Source: the human T2T-CHM13v2.0 reference genome, Homo sapiens. Taken from it: 64,000 nt of DNA. Both the position numbers and the translations under genes were made by a program. Below, in pieces: positions 1-10,600 of this stretch. Position 1 is the first letter of the stretch. Each line of letters starts with the position of its first letter. The stretch lies in NCBI RefSeq assembly GCF_009914755.1, contig NC_060941.1; one strand, given 5' to 3'. The notes under the pieces were generated by a model. The model saw only the letters and a list, made by a program, of their open reading frames with translations. It did no database searches and was not told where the DNA came from.

Positions 1-174
1 AATATTGAATTTTATTTTTCTGCTAATGTTCTATTATTTTACTTTTCTCTGGGTTTTAGAAAGCCACCAGGATTTAAGACAGTGAAGAATCTTTGAGTCC
101 TTTGTAGAGTTGAACCAAAGTTTGAATGTCTCTTTGTGGACTCGTGTCCTAGGGATACCACTCCAAAGGGAAAA

Positions 175-186
175 GGGGAATATCCC
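175..186 (+). promoter_or_regulatory. NF-kB-like site upstream of CCL7
   Basis: GGGGAATATCCC is kB-like. Motif match only. Confidence 0.4.
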
Positions 187-409
187 TTACATATCTTTGA
201 CTTTGGTATCCCTGATTCCTTCCTTTTTCTATAGAATGTGTCTCATTTCAGAGAAACTGGTCTCTTGATAATAGCCATAGATTACATACTGTGGTCTTCC
301 TCTACATAGACCCTACCTCACCTACCACTCCTGGTCTTAGCTGAAAAACAGGCTAGCCTCGACTCATACTGTCATTTCCTATCCTCCCACTGAAGTGCAC
401 TGGCTCAGC

Positions 410-441
410 AGATTTATTACTCCATAGATTTATTACTCCAT
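410..441. repeat. Perfect 16-bp tandem duplication in CCL7 proximal promoter
   Basis: AGATTTATTACTCCAT at 410-425 and 426-441. Confidence 0.95.
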
Positions 442-466
442 TCTATGATTCATCCTCTCTGCTTCC

Positions 467-473
467 TATAAAA
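467..473 (+). promoter_or_regulatory. CCL7: CCL7 TATA box
   Basis: TATAAAA followed by GGCAG, the same context as in CCL11 and CCL8, ~100 nt upstream of the ATG. Confidence 0.9.
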
Positions 474-566
474 GGCAGAGACAGAGCTTCCAGAGGAGCA
501 GAGGGGCTGAGACCAAACCAGAAACCTCCAATTCTCATGTGGAAGCCCATGCCCTCACCCTCCAAC

Positions 567-2078
567 ATGAAAGCCTCTGCAGCACTTCTGTGTCTGCTGC
601 TCACAGCAGCTGCTTTCAGCCCCCAGGGGCTTGCTCAGCCAGGTAAGGTCCCTCTCTCCTTCTCCTTGAAGCACATTGCCCCCTCTCTGGGTTATCCTGG
701 ACCAATCAAGAAGACCTGATACCCACAGTCTCACTTTAACAGCTACTTTTCCAAGATAAGGTAACTTAGAAAAAGGATAAGGGGTGAGCCCAACCACACA
801 GCTGCTGTTGGGTAGAGCCTGAACTAGAATTCCAGCTGTGAACCCCAAATCCAGCTCCTTCTAGGATTCCAGCTCTGGGAACACCCTCAGTGCAGTTACC
901 ACTCCAGCTGCTTCCAGCAGAATTTGGGATCAGGGTGATCAAAGACAGGAGGCTTCTGGGGATGGGTGTGCGGGCTGTTTCCAGATACCGGGAGACCCAG
1001 AATCTGGTCTGTGGAAGCCCAGCTTCCAGAAACAGCAGCTCTGCAGAGGTGGTACGTATCAGGGAAACTCATGACCAAGCATTGAATGCTCAGAGCCTAA
1101 AAGGGGATCCATAGTTGGGGTACCCTTGTTCTAAGGAATTGGATTATTATATTAGCCCCTCCTAGCAATGCCCAGAGTAGCCATCAATTCCTCTTCCGTC
1201 TTTCAACTGGTGATGGTGCATCCCTATTTCACAGTCCATAAAAGTGAAAGGGAGTTTATGAAATGCCTCAAAGGGCAGAGACATTGGGTTTGGGATGGGC
1301 AGCTTTTCCCTCCACCTCTTCCTTTCTTTCTGATTCCTTCTTCTTACCATTCCCTGTTTTACAAACAGAAAGACCCAGGACACACCCTCAATGGACTTTT
1401 CTTCTTGTTGTTTCATTGCAGTTGGGATTAATACTTCAACTACCTGCTGCTACAGATTTATCAATAAGAAAATCCCTAAGCAGAGGCTGGAGAGCTACAG
1501 AAGGACCACCAGTAGCCACTGTCCCCGGGAAGCTGTAATGTATGTGGACGATGACCACCCACCCCTCACACCTCAGTCCTAGGTTCTTCCCTGGGCAGGG
1601 AATAGGACTAGTATCAGAATGAGTTGGAGTCAAATACTGTGATGCATACAGCATCTCTAACCTTATCCCAGACATTTGCCAGTGAGAAACAATACAAGTA
1701 AAGAAAGTGGCTTCTCACTCTCAGCTCCCTTTCCAGCTATCATTTTACATCTCAGTTCGTTCCTTCATCCTGGAACCAAGAGAGATTCACTTGGGCTACC
1801 AAAAAGAGCTGCTTCTCTGAGTCCCCTTCCTTTGTTTTATCTTCTTCCTTCATCCCTGAGGCATCCCCATCAGCTAGGCTGATGGGCTAGACAGATTTCC
1901 CATAGACTTGGTCACACTCCCAGGCTGAACCCTCAAGGTGTTCCATCTGACTGTCTCCTTTCTGCTCCACAGCTTCAAGACCAAACTGGACAAGGAGATC
2001 TGTGCTGACCCCACACAGAAGTGGGTCCAGGACTTTATGAAGCACCTGGACAAGAAAACCCAAACTCCAAAGCTTTGA
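567..2078 (+). CDS. CCL7: C-C motif chemokine 7 (MCP-3); join(567..642,1422..1539,1973..2078), 99 aa
   Basis: Exon 1 encodes signal peptide [25 protein letters not shown] with donor G|gtaagg at 642/643. Exon 2 follows ttgcag and encodes [40 protein letters not shown]. Exon 3 follows ccacag and encodes [34 protein letters not shown]. 76+118+106=300 nt with GT-AG introns. Confidence 0.98.
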
Positions 2079-2557
2079 ACATTCATGACTGAACTGAAAA
2101 CAAGCCATGACTTGAGAAACAAATAATTTGTATACCCTGTCCTTTCTCAGAGTGGTTCTGAGATTATTTTAATCTAATTCTAAGGAATATGAGCTTTATG
2201 TAATAATGTGAATCATGGTTTTTCTTAGTAGATTTTAAAAGTTATTAATATTTTAATTTAATCTTCCATGGATTTTGGTGGGTTTTGAACATAAAGCCTT
2301 GGATGTATATGTCATCTCAGTGCTGTAAAAACTGTGGGATGCTCCTCCCTTCTCTACCTCATGGGGGTATTGTATAAGTCCTTGCAAGAATCAGTGCAAA
2401 GATTTGCTTTAATTGTTAAGATATGATGTCCCTATGGAAGCATATTGTTATTATATAATTACATATTTGCATATGTATGACTCCCAAATTTTCACATAAA
2501 ATAGATTTTTGTATAACAGCTGCCATTCATGGTTTTTTAAAAGGATAAAGTAATAAA
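2079..2557 (+). other. CCL7: CCL7 AU-rich 3'UTR with candidate poly(A) signals
   Basis: ATTTA/U-rich tracts, CATAAA at 2495-2500, TTTTGTA at 2507-2513, AATAAA at 2552-2557. Confidence 0.7.
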
Positions 2558-5093
2558 GCTGGTGGGGGTAACAGGGTGACAAGGTGAAGGGCGTGGTTGC
2601 AGAGGTTGGGCTCACATTGTGGAGAAATGAGCGCGTAATGGACTCTGGGCTTTCCCCCAGGCCAGGCTCACCTGCATGTTAGGGAGAGGCAGCCACAGGC
2701 TGGGGCCAGATGAACCCACCCCCCAGCTCCAGATCTGACATCTGCTTCAGCCACTTGTTCAAATACCTTTCTTTTTTCCCAAACTCATTCTTTTTCTCAC
2801 CATCCCACGCTCTACCCAAAAGCCTGTCCCCTCTTCTATTCTATCAGCCTTGTGACTGGCTGGTTTTCCCCCTTCTAATCAATCCTCTAGTCTAGTAAAT
2901 ACAAATGTCACTTTCATTAAAAAATCAAGTAGGAGACCAACAGATGATTTGGCAAGTGCCTGCCATCATTGATTTCTGCCACCATTGGTGTTCAGACCAA
3001 GTCCAACATCCCTTTCTACCCCTTCTTCAGCCCACCAGTTCTCACCCCCAAACACCAAAGTCAACCTTAAACAATGAGATTCAGAAAATGTGAATAAGTA
3101 TTCAGTTCATTCAAGGACAAAGCTTGAGGGTGGCCACTTGGAAAAGCATCAACTCCAAACAACCGGAAAAGTTTCAGTTACATAAGTAAAGACAGAAGTT
3201 CCAGCCAGATTACAACATTTTTCATACTAGACAAGGTGCATACACCACAGTGATTTGATTGGTTATAGGTTGCTATGTTCTAAGGAAGATTATTTGCTAT
3301 TCCTTAAGGAGAGGTAATGATCTGAGGGGTCTTACCTCTGCCATGGCTCAGTCTTCTTAATTGTTTACAGGAAACAGCAAAAATGCAGAAGTTGTAGGTG
3401 CATGCCGCACAACTCAGATTGCATAGCCACATTCCTCTCAAGGCTCAGAATAATTAAAGTCCTAATAGCTTTAAGTTTAAATTATTTGAAGTTTGACTTA
3501 TTTAATTTAATTTCACACCAATAAGGAGGGTAATCTTAAATTCCAGGAGAGAACAACCAGCAGGCAGACCAGGAGTAGAGGTGAATGAATAGATACTGTG
3601 AGACACAGTATTTGATACATGCAAATATTAAGCAGAGTGTTTGATGGTAGGACAGGAAAGGAGAGAAGGGCTACATGTGCTCAAGGTCAAACAGAATCTG
3701 CTGAAACTTCATTTTCAAAAAATTATAAAATCATGTGTTTTCATGCAGGCCTTGTACTCTTGGGCACAGAGAATTAGAAAGAACAGGAACAGAGAGGCTG
3801 GTATATAACTGGGCATTGAGTTCAATGGGATTCAAAGATTAGGCTAGTTACACCAGCAATGTGCCTAGTAAATTTAGGCAAGTTACTTTACCTGAGCAAG
3901 CCTCCATAGATTGAGATGTAGAGTAGGTCAATGAGTCGTATTCACATCAACATCACTTAGATGCTAATAAAAAAACACAGATTTCCAGATACCATCAGCA
4001 AAGACTCTGATATGGAGTGTTGGGTGGGGAAGGTGTCACTTACACATTTTTAACTATTTCTCAGTCATGTCTTGGGACCAGTGAGTTTCCCTGACACTCT
4101 CTTTTTCAGATCAATGTAGTCTCCAGGCTTGATCTGTGACCTCTGGCTTAGGCGTAAGGAGTGTTTTTTGCTGGAACTTTCCCACCTCCTAGACTTTGCT
4201 GCTGGACATGTGCCAGTCATAAGTAGCAGAGACTGCAAATGTCCCCCAGATATCTGTGGGCTCTTCTATATTCTCCAGCCCAAATTGCATTTACCCAGGG
4301 GCTGTGTGATTGAATTCTAACCAGTTGGGTGAGGGCTAAAATGATATGAGCCACTTTCAGACCTTGTCCCTATAAACAGCTCTCTCTTCCTCTGTTGTGG
4401 TAATGTTAGGGGTAATGTGTTCCATATAGCTCAATTTCAAGATGGAAGCAGTCCATATCCACAAGTCACTGGTCACCTGGCCTACCTTGAACTGTGACAT
4501 GAGAAAGAAATAAACATTTGCTGTGTCAAGCCACTAAGCCTAGTTTGGAGCCTATTTTAACCCTGATTAATAGAGGAATTAGTAGCACAATCATGTGCTA
4601 CCATTAAGAACATGAAAAATGTAGCATTAACTAGATATTTAGTAGCAGGCAGTGAGGAAGCTGATGTCACAGTTTGAAGAAAATAAGAGATTCATGTTAC
4701 AAACTGTCAAACCTGTCAGGTGCTATCTGCTGAAATAGCAGCTCCAAGGGGAAAGTTTGATAAAGATACATTAGTAGCATGTTGATTGTTTTTGTCTTCC
4801 TTTTTGAAGGGATTCCGAGAAAGAGATGAGCTCAGAAAAAAAAATCAACTGGTCATAAGGTAGAAATGAAAGATAATAAAATCCACAAATCCAGGACCTT
4901 ATGTTGTTGGAAAAGCCATCTGTTTCTGGGTCCCAAATATTAAGAGAAGGTATTTAAGGATGAAAAAAAATCAGCAATAAAAGTCTATGGGGAAAAAAAA
5001 AAAACTCTTAGTTGGATGAAATAACATAGGGCAAAAATCAGATTGAAGTTGTAGCCTAACATTCAAGCCTCACAGCCTTCCCTATTAAGAAGA

Positions 5094-5159
5094 GAAGGAG
5101 AAGGAGAAGGAGAAGAAGAAGGAGAAGGAGAAGGAGAAGGAGAAGGAGAAGGAGAAGGA
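5094..5159 (+). repeat. (GAAGGA)n hexanucleotide microsatellite
   Basis: (GAAGGA)3 GAAGAA (GAAGGA)7, followed by a (GA)-rich tail to ~5190. Confidence 0.95.
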
Positions 5160-5560
5160 GAGGTAGAGGGAGAGGGAGAGAGAGAGAGGAAAAATAATTG
5201 GAAAATTATACCAAGAAAGAAACTTGGGCTGTGGCTGCTGGCATATGGAATTGACTGAGAGTGAAGATATCAGAAGCCCACTGTTATTACCAGAGCTGTA
5301 CTATATTGTCAGTGAAACCATGAGTGGTCCTGACAAGTTCAAAAAGAAGACAAACTCCAGGCCTTGCTGTACAGCTTGCAGTCCTCAAAGACAGCAGAGC
5401 CCCCAAGAAGAGCATGTCTCTCTTCAATACTCACTTCAGAGGTGACCAAAGGGGAATAATGGAAAAGGAGGGAACTCACAAAGGAAACCAGAAACCAGGA
5501 TCAACAAGACAACAGAGCTCCCCCAGAAAGAGAGAACCAGTCTAATCAAGGATGGGGGAC

Positions 5561-5751
5561 TTTTTTTTTCTTTTTATTATACTTTAAGTTCTCGGGTGTG
5601 TGTGCACAACGTGCAGGTTTGTTACATAGGTATACATGTGCCATGTTGGTTTGCTGCACTCATCAGCTTGTCATTTACTGTAGGTATTTCTCCTAATGCT
5701 ATCCCTCCCCCAGCCCCCCACCCTCCAAAAGGCCCCGGTGTGTGATGTTCT
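5561..5751 (-). mobile_element. 5'-truncated L1PA 3'-end fragment
   Basis: Poly(T) then the L1 3'UTR reverse complement (ttatactttaagttct...gtatacatgtgccatg...tgtgtgatgttc). Degenerate TSD ggatgg..gactttt at 5550 and 5752. Confidence 0.88.
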
Positions 5752-6600
5752 GGATGGCAGACTTTTATAACATCTGTCTGAAGGATTTTAGGCTTGGCAC
5801 AGTGCATTGGCCATTGATGAATGCCATCTTTCTTTCCATAAATGAGAGTGTTGATTACAAGTACCCTGTCCTTTTCAAACTTGAAACTTTAGGTAAGTGA
5901 CAAATTATTTGTCTTTTTAGCTCATAGGGTCACTGGACAAAGTAGATCCATAATCTCAGCTGATGGAGATAACTAACCATCATCAAGAGATCCTGTCCAT
6001 TTAGGTTGGTGCAATGACTAAATGGCACCTTGGGTTGTCTCTCTTGTGGGTGGATTATTTGTGTATTCTACATGTGAGAAGAAGTAAGCAAAAGGCAGAT
6101 TCTAACAGAAATTATTAGTCTTCACCAAATATTCATGTGATCCTCTTCATGTCTCAGCTCCTCTGCAGTTATTCTGGAGTTGGATGATGAGTGAAGGCCA
6201 ATGTGAAGTAGGCAGAAGTGATGTAAGCAGCTTTTATGTCTGGTTCTTTAAAACATCCTACACAATCTATCAACCCTCTCTCCACTCACATCTGGGAACT
6301 TGGAAGCCATATGTTCCATAGGAAAGCTGTAATTGACAAACAGCCTGAATCTATGAGTCATTCCTTACAAGAGAGCACTTTTGGAGAGCTGCCTAACCAA
6401 CATCAGGCTACAATACAAACAAAAAGTAAATATTGCAGTAAGCCACTGAGGTTGTTGTTGTTATAGAAGCCTAGACTAGCATTACCCTGGCCAGTTAGCC
6501 CAGAAAAGTAGCTATGACATTCTGTGCCTCAGTTTTCCACCTCTGTACAAAAAAGTAAAGTTGATTGCCCTAAGAGGATTATAACAAAAAGAACATTTTA

Positions 6601-6908
6601 GGCCAGGTACTGTGTCTCACTCCTGTAATCCCAGCACTTTGAGAAACCAAAGTGGAGGATTACTTGAAGCAAGGAGTTCAAGACCAGTCTAGGCAGCAAA
6701 GCGAGACCCCCATCTCTACAAAAAATAATATTAGACAGATGTGGTAGCACACCTATAGTCCTAGTGACTCTGGAGGCTGAGGCAAGAGGATCTCTTGAGG
6801 CCCAGGAGTTCGAGGCTACAGTGAGCTATGATGGTGCCACTGCACTCCAGCCTGGACGACAGAGTGAGACACCATCTCTAACAAAATAAAATATTTTAAA
6901 AATTTTTT
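6601..6908 (+). mobile_element. Old Alu (AluJ-like)
   Basis: Starts ggccaggtac...tgtaatcccagcactttg, dimeric with an A-rich tail. TSD aaaaagaa(c/t)atttt on both sides. Confidence 0.92.
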
Positions 6909-7689
6909 AAAAAGAATATTTTAAATAAAAAGGCTTTGGGAAACCTCAAGGCAATCTGGGAAGCAGGCTTCACTTTCATAAATAATTTCACAGAAGAGGA
7001 AGATATTTAACTTCTCTAAGTCTCCTTTCTCTCATCTTTAAAATGGACTTAATTAGAATAAGTTTGTTCGGAGGATTAAATAAGTCATCTCATGTGAAAT
7101 GAAGTAAGATAGAGCCTTGCATAGATTGCATAGGTTAGCATTGCCATTGATAACTTACTATCTGCTGGACACATTGTTAGCATGTTTACACTAACATCGA
7201 GTTTGGTGTAATTCTCTTCCAAAAGTGATAAGAAACTGCAGAAATGAGCTCAGTGATGCTTGAGAAGGAGGAGTAATGAACCCTACGTTGGTCCTCTTTT
7301 GCACAAAGGGAGATTGAGACTAAGAGTTACGAAACATTTCAGAAGACAGGGAGTCAACCAACAGGGGCTCTAGAATCAACTCAGCCTAAAGCACACAGTT
7401 CCCTTAAGGATTTTTTCACTAGTCTCCAAGCCTCTGGTGTCTATTCTTTTATTTTTATTTTTTAAAGAGAGGGTTGGAATAAAATCAACGTCAATGTCTC
7501 TTTCCAGTTTGTCTATAACTTTGCAATATTAGAGGAGATCTGGAACACAGCTACAGAACAAAGACAGGAGTCCTGATTCCTGGGATCCTTGTCTGCTGAT
7601 CACTGATCACTCACCTCTCCCTGAAAAATTCCTTTTTTTCCTTTTTTCTTTCTTTTTTCTTTTCTTTTATTTTTTCTTTTTAGAAGTCA

Positions 7690-10600
7690 GCCGGGAAGTT
7701 CGTCCTGGGCAGAACCTACAGTAGCACAGCAAAGCCGCTGTAGCTTGACTGCCTCTGTTGTTTCATCTGGGCAGGGTATCTCTGAAAGAAAGGCAGCAGC
7801 CTCAGTTACAGGCTTATAGATAAAATTCCCATCTCCCTGGGACAGAGCACCTCGGGGAAGGGTTGGCTGTGGGCACAGCTTCAGCATACTTAAACGTTCC
7901 TGCCTGCCAGCTCTGAAGAGAGCAGAGGGTCTCCCAGCACAGCACTTGAGCTCTGCTAAGGGACAGACTGCCTCCTCAAGTGGGTCACTGACCCCAGTGC
8001 CTCCTGACTGTGAGACACCTCCCAGCAGGGGTCAACAGATGCCTCACACAGGAGAGCTCCAGCTGGCATCTGGCAGGTGCCCCTCTGGAATGAAGCTTCC
8101 AGAGAAAGGAGCAGGCAGCAATCTTTGCTGTTCTGCAGCATCCGCTGGTAATACCCAGGTAAACAAGTCTGGAGTGGACCTCCAGCAAACTCCAGCAGAC
8201 CTACAGAAGAGGGGCCGACTGTTAGAAGGAAAATTAGCAAACAGAAAGCAATAACATCAGCATCAACAAAATGGATGCACACACAAAAACCCCATCCAAA
8301 GGTCATCAGCATCAAAGATCAAAGGTAGATAAATCCACAAAGATGAGGAAAAAAAAGAGCAAAAATATTGAAAATTCCAGAAACCAGAATGCCTCTTCTA
8401 CTCCAAAGGATCACAACCCCTCGCCAGCAAGGAAACAAAACTGGACAGAGAATGAGTTTGACAAATTGACAGAAGTAGGCTTCGGAAGGTGGGTAATAAC
8501 AAACTCCTTCGAGCTAAAGGAGCATGTTCTAGCCCATTGCAAGTAAGCTAAGAACCTCGATAAAAGGTTACAGGAACTGCTAACTAGAATAACCAGTTTA
8601 GAGAAGAACATAAATGACTTGATGGAGCTAAAAAGAAAAGCACGAGAACTCTGTGAAGCATATACAACTATCGATAGCCGAATTGATCAAGAGGAAGAAA
8701 GGATATGAGAGATTGAAGATCAACTTAATGTAATAAACTGTGAAGACAAGATTAGAGGAAAAAAAGAGTGAAAAGGAATGAACAAAGCCTCCAAGAAATA
8801 TAGGACTATGTGAAAAGACCAAACCTATGACTGATTGGTGTACCTGAAAGTAACGGGGAGAATGCAACGAAGCTGGAAAACACACTTCAGGATATTATCC
8901 AGGATAATTTTCCCAACTAGCAAGACAGGCCAACATTCCAATTCAGGAAATAACAGAGAACACCACTAAGATACTCCTTGAGAAGAGCAACCCCAAGACA
9001 CATAATCATCAGATTCACCAAGGTTGAAATGAAGAAAAAAAATGCTAAGGGCAGCCAGAGAGAGAAAGGTCAGATTACCCACAAAGAGAAACCCATCAGA
9101 CTAACAGTGGATCTCTCTGCAGAAATACTACAAGCCAGAAGAGAGTGGGGGCCAATATTCAACATTCTTAAAGAAAAGAATTTTCAACCCAGAATTTCAT
9201 ATCCAGCCAAACTAAGCTCCACAAGAGAAGGAGAAATAAAATCCTTTACCGACAAGCAAACGCCAAGAGATTTTTTCACCACCAGGCCTGCCTTACAAGA
9301 TCCCCTGAAGGAAGCACTAAATATGGAAAGGAAAAACCGATACAAGCCACTGCAAAAACATACCAAAATGTAAAGACCAATGACACTATGAGGAAAGTAC
9401 ATCATGATGACAGGATCAAACTCACACATAACAATATTAGCCTTAAATGTAAATGGACTAGAGGCCCCAATTAAGAGACACAGACTGGCAAATTGGATGA
9501 GTCGAAACCCATTGGTGTGCTATATTCAGGAGACCCATCTCACATAAAAAGACACACATAGGCTCAAAATAAAGGGATGGAGGAATATTTACCAAGCAAC
9601 TGAAAAGCAAAAAATAAATAAATAATTAAAAAATAAAAAAGCAGGGCTTACAATCCTAGTCTCTGATAAAACAGGCTTTAAGCCAACAAAGATCAGAAAA
9701 GACAAAGAAGGGCATTACATGATGGTAAAGGGATCAATGCAACAAAAAGAGCTAACTATCCTAAATATATATGCACAGAATACAGGAGCACCCAGATTCA
9801 TAAAGCAAGTTCTTAGAGACCTATAAAGAGACTTAGACTCCCACACAATAATAGTGGGAGACTTTAACACCCCACTATCAATATTAGACAGATCAAGGAG
9901 ACAGAATATTAACAAGGATATTCAGGACTTGAACTCAGCTCTGGACCAAGCGGACCTAATAGACACCTACAGAACTCTCCACCCCAGATCAACAGAATAT
10001 GCATTCTTCTCAGCACCTCATAGCACTTATTCTAAAATTGAACACACAATTGGAAGTAAAACACGCCTTAGCAAATGCAAAAGAACGGAAATCATAACAA
10101 ACAGTCTCTCAGACCACAGTGCAATGAAATTAGAACTCAGGATTAAGAAACTCACTCAAAACAGCACAACTACATGGAAACTGAACAACCTGCTCCTGAA
10201 TGACTCCTGGGTAAATAACAAAATTAAGGCAGATATAAATAAGTTATCTGAAACCAATGAGAACAAAGACAAAATGTACCTGAATTCCTGAGACACAGCT
10301 AAAGCTTTAGAGGGAAATTTGTAGCACTAAATACCCACATGAGAGAGCAGGAAAGAACTAAAATCAACAACCTAACATCACAGTTAAAAGAGCTGGAGAA
10401 GCAAGAGCAAACAAATTCACAAGCTAGCAGAAGACAAGAAATAACTAAGATAAGAGCAGAACTGAAGGAGATAGAGACATGAAAAACCCTTCAACAAATC
10501 AATGAATCCAGGAGCTGGTTTTTTTGAAAAAATTAACAAAATAGATAGACTGCTAACCAGACTAATAAAGAAGAAAAGTGAAAAGAATCAAATAGAGACA

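Larger units (their letters stand above)
4180..6495 (+). mobile_element. Degenerate ERVL-MaLR (MLT1-type) element: LTR, internal sequence, LTR
   Basis: Two similar LTR-like 3' ends (aataaacatttgctgtgtcaagccactaag ~4510-4540 and agtaaatattgcagtaagccactgag ~6425-6450) flank purine-rich internal sequence. Boundaries approximate. Confidence 0.5.
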
